Assembly (NCBI GenBank): GCA_964610875.1
Contig: CAZSWP010000004.1
Location: 1 to 64,000 of the forward strand
Direction: 5' to 3'
Length of the DNA stretch: 64,000 bases
Source: an uncultured archaeon
GTDB lineage: Archaea > Asgardarchaeota > Thorarchaeia > Thorarchaeales > Thorarchaeaceae
In this document: in pieces, positions 41,982 to 51,517 of the stretch
How positions within the stretch are numbered: position 1 is the stretch's first letter
How the letters are laid out: each line of letters opens with the position of its first letter
Notes under the pieces: generated by a model
Told to the model about the DNA's origin: nothing
What the model saw: the letters and a program-made list of their open reading frames with translations, nothing else
The model's database searches: none
Program-made: the position numbers and the translations under genes

Positions 41982-43979
41982 TTGAAATCACAAGGAAGTA
42001 GAAAATTGGAAATCAAAGCATATGATTCAAAGAACAACCCATATAGGGCTATATTAGAGTGGACAAAAGATGGTCCTAAAATATCTTTGAAGGCCATATC
42101 AAATGAACTTGGGATTGTGTCATATCTCCAGACATTTGGTTTTCATCAAGATGCTGAACACGGTTCGATCCAATTCAAATTTGATAAACCGATTTTAGTA
42201 GAAAAAACACCCATACTAATAGCATCCAAAAAATACGATGAACATGCAAAAGAACAAGTTATAATGTACCCTCCATCTACAGAAGGTTGGTATGCCAAGG
42301 TCATAGATGGGATAAAACCAGTTTTCCTTTTTATCCAGAGGATCATTAGAAAGCCCAAACTGAGAATGCTAACAATTACGAATGATGATTGTGATGAGAT
42401 TATTCTTTCATTTCCAGTTAACACATTCGAGGTTGAGTGGCTCTTTACCGAACCAAAACATGTGACTTGGGAGGAGGAGTTACTGAAAACACATACCACC
42501 GTTGTACTTGACAATTGGGTCGAAACAATGTTGTCTTTACCAGCTCCAAATTATCGAAATCTTATGGAATTGACTAATGGTGTTCAAATATCAGACCTTC
42601 GACCTCGTGGGACTTCTATGAAGGAAACGTTAGAACCACTATTACCTTCATTCTATCAGGGAAAAATACGTGAACAGTTGATGGCTTTCTTAGCATGGAC
42701 AACTACAAACCCACAACCTTTTACGGAAGATCCTGTGGATTTACTTCTTCAATTCTCAAGCTCAGGATATCTTAGATTTTTAGTTTCACAATATCTTATG
42801 GATAAAGCGCTTGGTCTTGAAACGCAGCAATATCTAAGATACTTTTTAAACATTGTAGTGAAATCTGACTATTGGCAACAAACCAATCCAACCAAGTTCC
42901 TTAATCAAATAAAGCAACCAGAATTATCTCACGAATTCATCAGTGTATTGAAGAACCTTTCAAAAGTAAATAGAATTCCGAAAGGGTTACCAGTTAGAAA
43001 ACAGGATGCTATTTTCAACAAAGATTTGTGGATAACACGTATGCGTCTTATACAATTCCCCATTGTATACCGTGCCACAATTGATTATCCACAGATTGGC
43101 TTAATTCACACGTTTCGTCTACAAAGGGCATATAGATGGCCTCACAGACATACGTGGTGGAGTTTTACTTTTGATGAACAGAAAGTAGATTATCCCAATA
43201 GGGTTTCATTCAGCTTGATTCCAAAAGGGGCGTTTGATAGGATTCAGAATGATTCTACTTCAATGCTAAACAAGCATCTCTCTCAGGTCATTTGGCAATC
43301 AAGGAATAATAATATAGATGCAATGCTGAAATCTGATGTAAGAATTTCGCCTGTTGAAAGAATACGGAAAAAAATTGGTTTGGAATCATCAATTAAAAAG
43401 ATGAAGAGAAAATATACTCCTAATATTTCACATCGAAAAAGAAATCTTGATTCAGTTGATGTGATAGCTCTTGACTATCTTCAAACTGGTATATCTCTAT
43501 TTAATTTAGAAGATGAGAATTATGTCACACCAATCGGAAACATATCAAATGATGTCTTATATGAGAGAATTTCCAAAATAATTGCCTCGGGGCTAGCACA
43601 GCCGGACTTCTTATGGCAAGGTTTGCAATCTTCTGAAAGGTCATTGAATATTCTGAAATCCATCGGTATCTATATTGAAGCAAAGGAAGATAGTACCAAG
43701 GTTGGATTCGGATTAGCACAATTACTCCTTGATGAAATGCCAACTAGTGACATCAGAATTTTGGATGACGGAAGGAAGATTTTCTGTATTGTTAGATATG
43801 GAGATGTAAATGAATTGAAGAAACTGGAAGAGTTTGGAAAGGACATTGGACTATCAATGAAAATCGAATTGATTCATGATTTGTTGCATTATGGATATGG
43901 AATGCTTACAAGGTTATGGCGTAATGAAGAGTGGGATAGCGATATTTCCGGATTACTGAGTCAAGATCGTACGCATTGA
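41982..43979 (+). CDS. Large hypothetical protein with possible C-terminal Lrp/AsnC-like wHTH+RAM module
   Basis: 665-aa ORF; C-terminal 'LDSVDVIALDYL...LYERISKIIASGL' followed by an alpha/beta pattern. Confidence 0.55.
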   Translation: MKSQGSRKLEIKAYDSKNNPYRAILEWTKDGPKISLKAISNELGIVSYLQTFGFHQDAEHGSIQFKFDKPILVEKTPILIASKKYDEHAKEQVIMYPPSTEGWYAKVIDGIKPVFLFIQRIIRKPKLRMLTITNDDCDEIILSFPVNTFEVEWLFTEPKHVTWEEELLKTHTTVVLDNWVETMLSLPAPNYRNLMELTNGVQISDLRPRGTSMKETLEPLLPSFYQGKIREQLMAFLAWTTTNPQPFTEDPVDLLLQFSSSGYLRFLVSQYLMDKALGLETQQYLRYFLNIVVKSDYWQQTNPTKFLNQIKQPELSHEFISVLKNLSKVNRIPKGLPVRKQDAIFNKDLWITRMRLIQFPIVYRATIDYPQIGLIHTFRLQRAYRWPHRHTWWSFTFDEQKVDYPNRVSFSLIPKGAFDRIQNDSTSMLNKHLSQVIWQSRNNNIDAMLKSDVRISPVERIRKKIGLESSIKKMKRKYTPNISHRKRNLDSVDVIALDYLQTGISLFNLEDENYVTPIGNISNDVLYERISKIIASGLAQPDFLWQGLQSSERSLNILKSIGIYIEAKEDSTKVGFGLAQLLLDEMPTSDIRILDDGRKIFCIVRYGDVNELKKLEEFGKDIGLSMKIELIHDLLHYGYGMLTRLWRNEEWDSDISGLLSQDRTH

Positions 43980-44290
43980 TTATCAAATAGTATAACTTCA
44001 AATATTCCGTATTTGGTTATTTTCATTCAAATTGTAGAATAAATACTCATAGTATTTTCCAACTATAGAATTGCGGTTAATGCCATCCTTTGTTCATTTT
44101 GCATCCTAGTTTAGACAAAGGAGATGCTTAGTAATGAATCAGTTTCAAAATAGAATAGAATTATGAAACAAAATGAAGTACAACGACCCAGATCCTGATA
44201 TTGAACCCTTTTAGAATCTCTTTCGTGTATCATGGAGTAGATAAGATACACAGAAAGACAACAGAAATACTCCTGTGTTTGCTTAAAATT

Positions 44291-44312
44291 CAGAGTGCAA
44301 ATTTGCACTCTG
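44291..44312. repeat. Perfect 22-bp palindrome
   Basis: CAGAGTGCAAATTTGCACTCTG equals its own reverse complement. Confidence 0.9.
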
Positions 44313-44409
44313 GACGTATTCTATTTTGATATTGATTCTTCAAATGATTCGAGATTCATTGTATCTTCTATGATTCATTATTCAATTTACTTTCCATGTA
44401 TTTCCTCAT

Positions 44410-45232
44410 TAATGTACGTTTCAATGGTCCCGATTTTTTTATCACTCCTTTTAGTAAATCAACATGTAATGTGGTTGGTACGATAGGTATCTCTCCTTTG
44501 TTTAAACAGTGACCAATTAATGCCTGTAGTCACAAGTGCGCAATTGACACGACAACTTGGCGCAATTGCTGGTGCCTTTCCTTTTCGTTTCTTCTGCTGT
44601 GCAAGCTGAATATCAATTCCTTCAGGTTTGAATCCCATAAACATCATGCCAAATTTCAGAATGAAATTATGCCATTCTGGAGTATCTCTTTCAGCAATCT
44701 CACCAAAGAACTCTGTGAATGAAGGACTTTTCATTGGGTCGAATACAGCAAGTCCTGCACCAAAACCAATAACGGGACTTGAAAAGACGGGAATATTTTC
44801 CTCTCTGACAATATCAAACATTGCTTTTCTCTCTTGCATCACTGAAATGTCAATACCATCAACAATAACATCTGCATCCCTTACGAAGCGCTCAACATTG
44901 TCCATGGTGACACCGTCTGGAAAAACTTCAACCACTGCAATTGGATCAATCTTCAGAACCTCTTCTGCACTAACTCGTGCTTTGTTTCGACCAATGCTCT
45001 CTATATTTGCTCCAAGCTGTCTATTGAAGTTAGTCGCCTCAAAGATAGCTAGATCGCCAATTCTGAATTTTCAAAATCCGAGTTGAGCAAGTGTGAAGAT
45101 GATGTCGGAGTTACCACCGACACCAGCTTGTGCGACAACCGCATGTCTAATCCAATCCTGCTCTTCTGGTGTTATTATCCTTGTATTCCTGTCAACAGTT
45201 TCTTCGTAGCTTGGAATCTGTTTTACATCCAC
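44410..45232 (-). pseudogene. ThiF/MoeB-family adenylyltransferase, inactivated
   Basis: 'AGVGG', 'FEATNFNRQ', 'IGRNKA', 'DVIVDGID'; in-frame TGA at 45071-73; 3' frameshift leaves 'GEIPIVPTTLHVDL' in another frame. Confidence 0.85.
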
Positions 45233-45277
45233 AGTTGATGAGCTAGCCCACTTAGAGGTTCAACACCAGTGGTCATT

Positions 45278-46816
45278 TTACATAGCTTCACAGGTAGCAA
45301 GAACTCTATCATCAGTTGTCAATGGAACTGGCTTGATTTGCACATGATGCTCCTTAATCCTATCCTCAAACACTGAAGACTGCATCCTGTAGATTCTAGT
45401 GGCTCCGAGTGCACCTGTTTCTCTTACAATCTTGAACTCCATATTGACGCTCTTAAGATAGTCTTCAAATGACCGTACAAAATCTACTGGGTCTACTTCA
45501 GAAGAGAATAGAGCTGCAATCACATAATAGGGTAGTCCATCTCGAACCACTCCCACCACAGTGAAGTCTGTCACTTCTGTATCTGTCTTCATACATGCTG
45601 TCTTCATTGCGTTTGATACATGTGCCTCAGTCAGTTTCTCACCTGATAGATTTATGACTCGTCCCTTTCGTGAAACACTTGTTATCGTGTAGGGGTCTGT
45701 AGAACTGAAAGTAACCATGTCGCCAATTCGGTATCTGTAGAATCCTTGGTCATTAGTCACTACTATCTCATAACGACCGTTCATCTTCACTTCAGATAGT
45801 GGAATGACTTCTGGGTTAGGGATACCTACTTGGGATTCCGGAATGAACTCAAAGTAGTTCAAATTCGTAGCAAGCTGCATCCCATTTCCCGATAGCAACT
45901 GATGAGCCATGAATCCCTCACTAGCTCCATAGAATTCCCAAATTGTTACGTTTGGAAATGTTTGCTCTATCCAGGTCCTATAGGGATCTGTATCGATACC
46001 TGAAGCAAGGAATAATCTCATATCAGGACAGAGTTCCGCAACATCGAGTCTGTCATCATAGAGAGCATCTCTTATTTTAGCCTCATATTTCGTTCCTTTG
46101 AACTCGTCAAGTAGTGCTGGTCCGTAATGTTCCTGCAAACGACGAATGAGGGCAAGGTTCAATGTAGTGATACCTTGTAGTGCAGTCACATCATGAGTAG
46201 CAATGACCTTGGCATATTCCCACATCTTCTCATCCATGTCTTGTATGTCGAATACTTCTTGACCTGGTTTTATTAAACGCTGGAATATTTTGTTCTGATG
46301 TTTTGCATATACTCCTGTGGCATATCCTACAGGAACTCCGTTGATCTCATCAATCATTGCAGGAGCTCCGAAAGTAACCAGAGGTCCATCAACAAGTTTG
46401 GAGTTCTCTGGATCCTGTGCTAGGAATCCCATCCATCCAAGCATGCTGCCTTTGGCGACTTGTTTCAGTCCGTGGTCAGTTATCGGTAACTGCTTTGGAA
46501 GACCAGTCGTACCAGAGGTCTGAAGATACCAGACTACTGGGTCTGCTGTTAATATCTGCCCTGTAGGATTCTCATAGACCATCTTGAGATAACGAGCCAT
46601 GCTCTTTGAGTCCATCAGGGGAACTCTATTTCTATACTCGTCAGGCGAAGCAATATCTCCAAAACAAAGTTTCTTTCCAATCACAGTATCCTGATGACGG
46701 GTAAGGATATGTTCTAGCTTCTCCTCCATCATCGTGATTGGATGGTTGAGGACTTGCTCAATCAACTTCTGTTTTCTCTTCGCCACGACTCCGATTAAGC
46801 GTCGCATTATTGACAT
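45278..46816 (-). CDS. GH3-family acyl-acid amido synthetase
   Basis: 'TSGTTG.PK', 'YGASEG', 'YFEFIP', 'YRYRIGD', 'GEK'; ATG at 46816 after GGGGTGG. Confidence 0.9.
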   Translation of the reverse strand: MSIMRRLIGVVAKRKQKLIEQVLNHPITMMEEKLEHILTRHQDTVIGKKLCFGDIASPDEYRNRVPLMDSKSMARYLKMVYENPTGQILTADPVVWYLQTSGTTGLPKQLPITDHGLKQVAKGSMLGWMGFLAQDPENSKLVDGPLVTFGAPAMIDEINGVPVGYATGVYAKHQNKIFQRLIKPGQEVFDIQDMDEKMWEYAKVIATHDVTALQGITTLNLALIRRLQEHYGPALLDEFKGTKYEAKIRDALYDDRLDVAELCPDMRLFLASGIDTDPYRTWIEQTFPNVTIWEFYGASEGFMAHQLLSGNGMQLATNLNYFEFIPESQVGIPNPEVIPLSEVKMNGRYEIVVTNDQGFYRYRIGDMVTFSSTDPYTITSVSRKGRVINLSGEKLTEAHVSNAMKTACMKTDTEVTDFTVVGVVRDGLPYYVIAALFSSEVDPVDFVRSFEDYLKSVNMEFKIVRETGALGATRIYRMQSSVFEDRIKEHHVQIKPVPLTTDDRVLATCEAM

Positions 46817-46961
46817 CTTTTCCACCCCGTTCGACGCGCGCTGGTTCCAACTCCGCGCCAAACTCTGCTGTCAAATATATGATTTAATTTTACTAAAATG
46901 TACTACTGAAAGCTACATTGGGGTATTATAAAGTCTGGATAATACTTTTGAGATATGATTA

Positions 46962-47058
46962 CAACTGCTACGCAAAACGTATGGTAAATAGAATTATATG
47001 AGCGAATTCGAACACTCATAATGCTCTATTTTCATTCCATTTGCACAGCCGTAACACC
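46962..47058 (-). repeat. Inverted repeat copy A (97-bp hairpin element)
   Basis: Reverse complement matches 50155-50251 at 94/97; weaker ungapped similarity extends to about 46922. Confidence 0.95.
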
Positions 47059-47110
47059 ATTTCGGTCTTTTTTGGGTTTTTCTTTAAAAACCCTGAGATA
47101 ATTCATTCTG

Positions 47111-48595
47111 TCAATTCTTCCAAAAATTGAATAATCCTGTGATTCTTTTTCTCACTCTCTGCTCTATCAACCAGGTTTCTCTAAGCTCAAGGTCGAGCTG
47201 GGAGAGAAATCCTCTGAGGTAGGCTGGTACCAATTGTCTATGATCTGCTGGAAGTCCGAGAAAGAGAATGAGGGTTTCTGAAGACTCTGAGAGATATGAC
47301 TCGACCCAGGGAACACCTCTCTCTAGGGAATTTCGCAGTAGTCGTAATGTTTTTGGTTCTCCAGTGATATTCAAATAGACATGAGCTGAAAGACCTGTTA
47401 ATTCAAAATGTGGTAGATGAACAAGTTGCATGACTTGCTTCTTATCAAGTGATGTAAGGATATCTCTAATCTCAGAAGGTTGAAGACCAAAGCCATTAAG
47501 AATTGCATTTCTAGTAGACATAAGACCTAATCCTGCCCATCCTACAGAGAGAGCTAAGTTCTCCTCATTTGATAGTTCAGCTGTTTTTTTCACATCATCG
47601 ATTCTCTCTTCGAATAATATCAGGTCTTGCTCATTGCTCTCGTTGTCTTGAAGACTCACATTTACTCTCCAGTATGGTCGAACATACATATCAGTCCGCA
47701 AAGACATTCGATACTCTGATATTTTGTGGATATGATTTCCCTTCAATGTCTTCTTTGAAATTGCTAAGGATATTGGTTTGTGATTGTCAGATGTGTAGGA
47801 GTCAACTATACTAGCAGCATTCTCACTTTGGACAATGTACTTGTGAAATCCCAGTCTGTCTGAGAGGGGCCACATAATTTGTGATAGTGAGGTTTCTGCG
47901 ACCGTACGAAAATAATCTACTTCTTGTTTTGAAAGACTTAGTCTGTCACGAAGCCTCCCGATTCGCATGATGGTTGTGCTTGCTCGTTCATTGAGATAGT
48001 GTAATAGTACATTCAGACGTGCTGAGTTCAGCACATTGATGGTGACTGAAATATATCTGGATATTTCTGAGTAGAGTTCACCTTGATCCTCTCTGTCCCA
48101 TTCAGTTAATACAGTAGATAGAATATCAAGCCACCAGGGTTTGGTATTGCATTCCTCTGCAATCATTGCTAAGCGCAGCAGATTGATTGATTCAATGGGT
48201 AATCCTTGGTTTCCATGAATATCATACGACCAAGGTACAACCGAAAAGTTTCCCTCAAGTATTCGGCAGAGAACATAGATTAAAGGACTCTTGACTCCGT
48301 TCTCTATTTCTGGGAGAAGGGAATCTACCTGCTCGAATAATGTTCGTACTTTTTTAGCTGGACTCGAATCATGTGGGATTGGTCCCAATATATTCTCAAT
48401 CTCCACCAATTTGAGAGGTTTATTTGATAATGGTGAAAAACCCGTCTGTTCTTCGAAAACCTCTGGGTTGAATGAATACTCTTCCGGACTAAGTGCTTTG
48501 GTTTTGACCTCCTCATCAGTTAGGTCTTTTCCAAGTTTTTCCCCTGCCCGTAGTCCCATTGTGCATTGCCCCAGCAATAATGTATTTTCACTCAC
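47111..48595 (-). CDS. Hypothetical protein with possible C-terminal Lrp/AsnC-like wHTH+RAM module
   Basis: 'FGLQPSEIRDILTSLDKKQVMQL...GLSAHVYLNITG'. Confidence 0.55.
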   Translation of the reverse strand: MSENTLLLGQCTMGLRAGEKLGKDLTDEEVKTKALSPEEYSFNPEVFEEQTGFSPLSNKPLKLVEIENILGPIPHDSSPAKKVRTLFEQVDSLLPEIENGVKSPLIYVLCRILEGNFSVVPWSYDIHGNQGLPIESINLLRLAMIAEECNTKPWWLDILSTVLTEWDREDQGELYSEISRYISVTINVLNSARLNVLLHYLNERASTTIMRIGRLRDRLSLSKQEVDYFRTVAETSLSQIMWPLSDRLGFHKYIVQSENAASIVDSYTSDNHKPISLAISKKTLKGNHIHKISEYRMSLRTDMYVRPYWRVNVSLQDNESNEQDLILFEERIDDVKKTAELSNEENLALSVGWAGLGLMSTRNAILNGFGLQPSEIRDILTSLDKKQVMQLVHLPHFELTGLSAHVYLNITGEPKTLRLLRNSLERGVPWVESYLSESSETLILFLGLPADHRQLVPAYLRGFLSQLDLELRETWLIEQRVRKRITGLFNFWKN

Positions 48596-48644
48596 TACTT
48601 ATTCCTAATAAGTTGGTAGCTCGGCAGATGTTGATAGTTGGTGT

Positions 48645-50099
48645 TTGAAGAAATACTTAGATGTTCCAAGTGCTACAAAATCGCTGAGCGACGTTATGAG
48701 AACGATTCGACTCCCTGCCACATTGAAGGATGGTGGTGTAGTCAAAATTACCATACCTGTTGAATCAGTTGATGGTGTAGAGATTGTTCGAATTACTGGT
48801 CATAGTGATATTCTAGAAGTGGATTTATTTCCTCTAAGGAAAACCAAGACATTAGGGTCTCTCAGCATCGAAAGAAATGAAAAGCTCAAAACTCTTGATA
48901 TCACTCCTCTCAGTATTCTCGCAAATTTGCAGCATCTAGCAATTAGCTGGAATCCATCGCTAAAAGAATTACACGTGGCTACAATTCCTCATTTAAGGCA
49001 ACTCACTGTTTACATGAATCGAAGTCTTCCAAGTCTGGATTTGTCCTTCTTGGAAGCAATGATTGATTTACATAGAATAGAAATATCCTATAATTCAACA
49101 CTACAGCATCTTAATCTGAGACCAGTACGGAAACTACTGGGATTGCAGCAACTTGTTATCTCAAATAATTGGAATCTTTCTGAACTTGATCTCTCTCCTC
49201 TCAGTGAACTGAAAAATCTCCATGAACTCGTCATCACTGGAAACAAACATCTTTCATCTCTTGATCTGAGTCCATTAGCTGGACTGGATGAATTACAGGT
49301 TTTCCAAGCATATGGAAATGACGGAATCAAAGAGCTAGACTTGAGTCCTCTCATCGGAATGGAATCTTTGCGAAAAGTAGATGTCACCTCCCGAACTTAT
49401 CGTAGATCAATACTAGAGTCTGAAACCATCAAGAAGGTGGCACCTCTAATTTTTAAACAGATTAATCAAAGCGACTTTCTACTCTCACTTGATCCTATCC
49501 AATCTTACTCTTACCTTAACCAATTGGTTCCTATCATTGAAGAATATGAATCACCATGGAAGCTGCATCATCTCACTCGGAGTCTATTGCTTCTTCTTGA
49601 TTTAGGATGGCTTGGATTTCTTGACATATCTTCAATTGTTCTATCTGATATTCTGAAATCGTATAAGAGAATGGACTTTGAAACCATTGCTCGTGAGAAA
49701 ATCATCAAACTCTATAAAGAACAGATTGAAGCATCGGGCGTTACTATCGGATTGGAGATGAATAAAGCTAAACAGGTAAGCTGGTTCGCTCTCAACGCCT
49801 CGCGAATTGTTGATTTGAGATGGGGTGAGGTAGAGGACCTCGACCTTTGTCAGGAGGGTGATGTGATTGATTTACAGCTGCTGCATCTGACAGCTTACGG
49901 TTATGAGATTTTGAAACACTTCAATCTTGGCATGACCTGCACAGTTAATGACTTCACTAAGGTAGAGAGTGCACTCAGGGATGTTGGATTATCAATTAGG
50001 CATCGTGTGAGTAAAGTGCCAGTACTCCCCCAAAAAATGTCTAAGAGTCTGTGCGAGTATATCCTTCATCTTGTGGATTATCGAAAAGAGAAAGCATAA
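48645..50099 (+). CDS. Leucine-rich repeat protein
   Basis: About 7 repeats of 'LxxLDLSPLxxLxxLxxLxIxxN'. Confidence 0.9.
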   Translation: MKKYLDVPSATKSLSDVMRTIRLPATLKDGGVVKITIPVESVDGVEIVRITGHSDILEVDLFPLRKTKTLGSLSIERNEKLKTLDITPLSILANLQHLAISWNPSLKELHVATIPHLRQLTVYMNRSLPSLDLSFLEAMIDLHRIEISYNSTLQHLNLRPVRKLLGLQQLVISNNWNLSELDLSPLSELKNLHELVITGNKHLSSLDLSPLAGLDELQVFQAYGNDGIKELDLSPLIGMESLRKVDVTSRTYRRSILESETIKKVAPLIFKQINQSDFLLSLDPIQSYSYLNQLVPIIEEYESPWKLHHLTRSLLLLLDLGWLGFLDISSIVLSDILKSYKRMDFETIAREKIIKLYKEQIEASGVTIGLEMNKAKQVSWFALNASRIVDLRWGEVEDLDLCQEGDVIDLQLLHLTAYGYEILKHFNLGMTCTVNDFTKVESALRDVGLSIRHRVSKVPVLPQKMSKSLCEYILHLVDYRKEKA

Positions 50100-50154
50100 T
50101 GGATTTTTATGGATTAATGAAAAGTTCTTGAAAATTTCCAATTTCATGTCTTTA

Positions 50155-50251
50155 GGTGTTACGGCTGTGCAAATGGAATGAAAATAGAGCATTATGAATG
50201 TTCAATTTCGCTCATATAATTCTATTTACCATACGTTTTGCGTAGCAGTTG
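50155..50251 (+). repeat. Inverted repeat copy B (97-bp hairpin element)
   Basis: GGTGTTACGGCTGTGCAAATGG...CGTTTTGCGTAGCAGTTG; similarity decays by about 50291. Confidence 0.95.
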
Positions 50252-50354
50252 CATTCATATCCCAAATTAATCATCTGGGCAATATTATACCGTAGGCATG
50301 TTCTTCCATAAGTTAGTATATCCTTTATTCATACATTTTTACTCGTGAGCAAAG

Positions 50355-51062
50355 ATGTCAACGGGGATACAGTCTCTCAGACTGGTATTCCAAGAGAGTC
50401 AGTCAGACGAGGCACCTGAATGGACTGATGTGACTCTCAGTCTTCAGACGATGTATGAAGACAGGAATATCCACATTGAGAGAGCTAGACTGAACCAAGA
50501 TGGATATCTCTATCTTGTTGTTGGACTTCGGAGTCATATACTGTCTCCATTTCCACGAGTGAAGAAAGTGAAGACTGGCAGATTCATGCCATGTGATATG
50601 ATTGGACTTGTTCCACTGGTCTCACTCCTAGTGGGCCGTGAGAACAAGGGTGTCGAGCTTGGAGCGATTACTACAGAGAAGTGCACGCAGATAGTAATGG
50701 GATTTCAAGCTGAGAATACCAAGACCCTTGCCAGAGATGTATACGATTTCATCACAACGTGGAAGAAATGGTCAAGCGTTCTAGAGAACGTAGTGAAGAA
50801 AGACTATCCGATAGATTTCGATGTTCTTGAGTTTCTGTCAGAAGAGAGCGGTTATGTCGGTTCAAACTGGCAAGACCGAATCAAGGACAGAGACCTTCCA
50901 TTATCCATTATCGTGAGAGCATGTAGATCACTCCTCCAGTCCGTACTGACTACAAAACAACTGAGTCATCCATTGCTCCATGAGATCATGACATGGCTTG
51001 ATGGTCTTCGACCACAGTTGGAGATTCATGCCACGGCACAGGAGGTGCTTGCTGAAGTATGA
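50355..51062 (+). CDS. Hypothetical protein, first gene of the recombination operon
   Basis: 235-aa ORF; ATGA overlap with the next gene. Confidence 0.7.
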   Translation: MSTGIQSLRLVFQESQSDEAPEWTDVTLSLQTMYEDRNIHIERARLNQDGYLYLVVGLRSHILSPFPRVKKVKTGRFMPCDMIGLVPLVSLLVGRENKGVELGAITTEKCTQIVMGFQAENTKTLARDVYDFITTWKKWSSVLENVVKKDYPIDFDVLEFLSEESGYVGSNWQDRIKDRDLPLSIIVRACRSLLQSVLTTKQLSHPLLHEIMTWLDGLRPQLEIHATAQEVLAEV

Positions 51063-51517
51063 TGACCTACAATGACGAGATGATGCTGCGTTTCACGCCA
51101 TCGTGGTATCAGTCTATCAATGAGTCTTGGTTAGCCGGAGCAAATGACGCACTCGAGAGTCTTCCTCTTAGCAAGACCAAACAGAACGATTACGAATGGC
51201 AGGAATTCATTGGAGAGATTCTAGTCAAATCTCTGGAATACAATCTTCCTGCTATTGCTACAATGACACATGATGACGGACCTAATTCTCTGCTGGATAG
51301 ACTAGGTGGCCATGTCAGTATTGCTGGTAGAGTCACAGAAGACGGTCTGCGATTTAGATTCAGTGAGTCCAGTCAGGTCTTACTCTCACTGGTCTCAGGT
51401 TATGGTTTTGAAGACGAGGATGATTTTGTTGTTGCTGTAGAATTCTTAGATTGTTTTCTCTGTATGTTCCCAGTACGAGGTCCATTAGAACAAGAATTGG
51501 AGTTGATTTTGAAATGA
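51059..51517 (+). CDS. Hypothetical acidic protein
   Basis: GGAGG RBS; overlaps both neighbours. Confidence 0.7.
   Translation: MMTYNDEMMLRFTPSWYQSINESWLAGANDALESLPLSKTKQNDYEWQEFIGEILVKSLEYNLPAIATMTHDDGPNSLLDRLGGHVSIAGRVTEDGLRFRFSESSQVLLSLVSGYGFEDEDDFVVAVEFLDCFLCMFPVRGPLEQELELILK

Noticed and set aside
44111-44486. Two divergent ORFs both starting MQICTL
   Set aside because: Artefact of the 22-bp palindrome
45071-45073. In-frame TGA in ThiF as selenocysteine
   Set aside because: The position is not a Cys site in the family (LG[FV]xKFRI), the gene also has a frameshift, and no SECIS was seen
46962-50251. Transposon bounded by terminal inverted repeats
   Set aside because: No transposase or recombinase inside, no target-site duplication found, and the sharp boundary is on the inner side
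50155-50251. SECIS element
   Set aside because: AUGA is present but there is no opposing GA quartet, and the adjacent genes have no in-frame TGA
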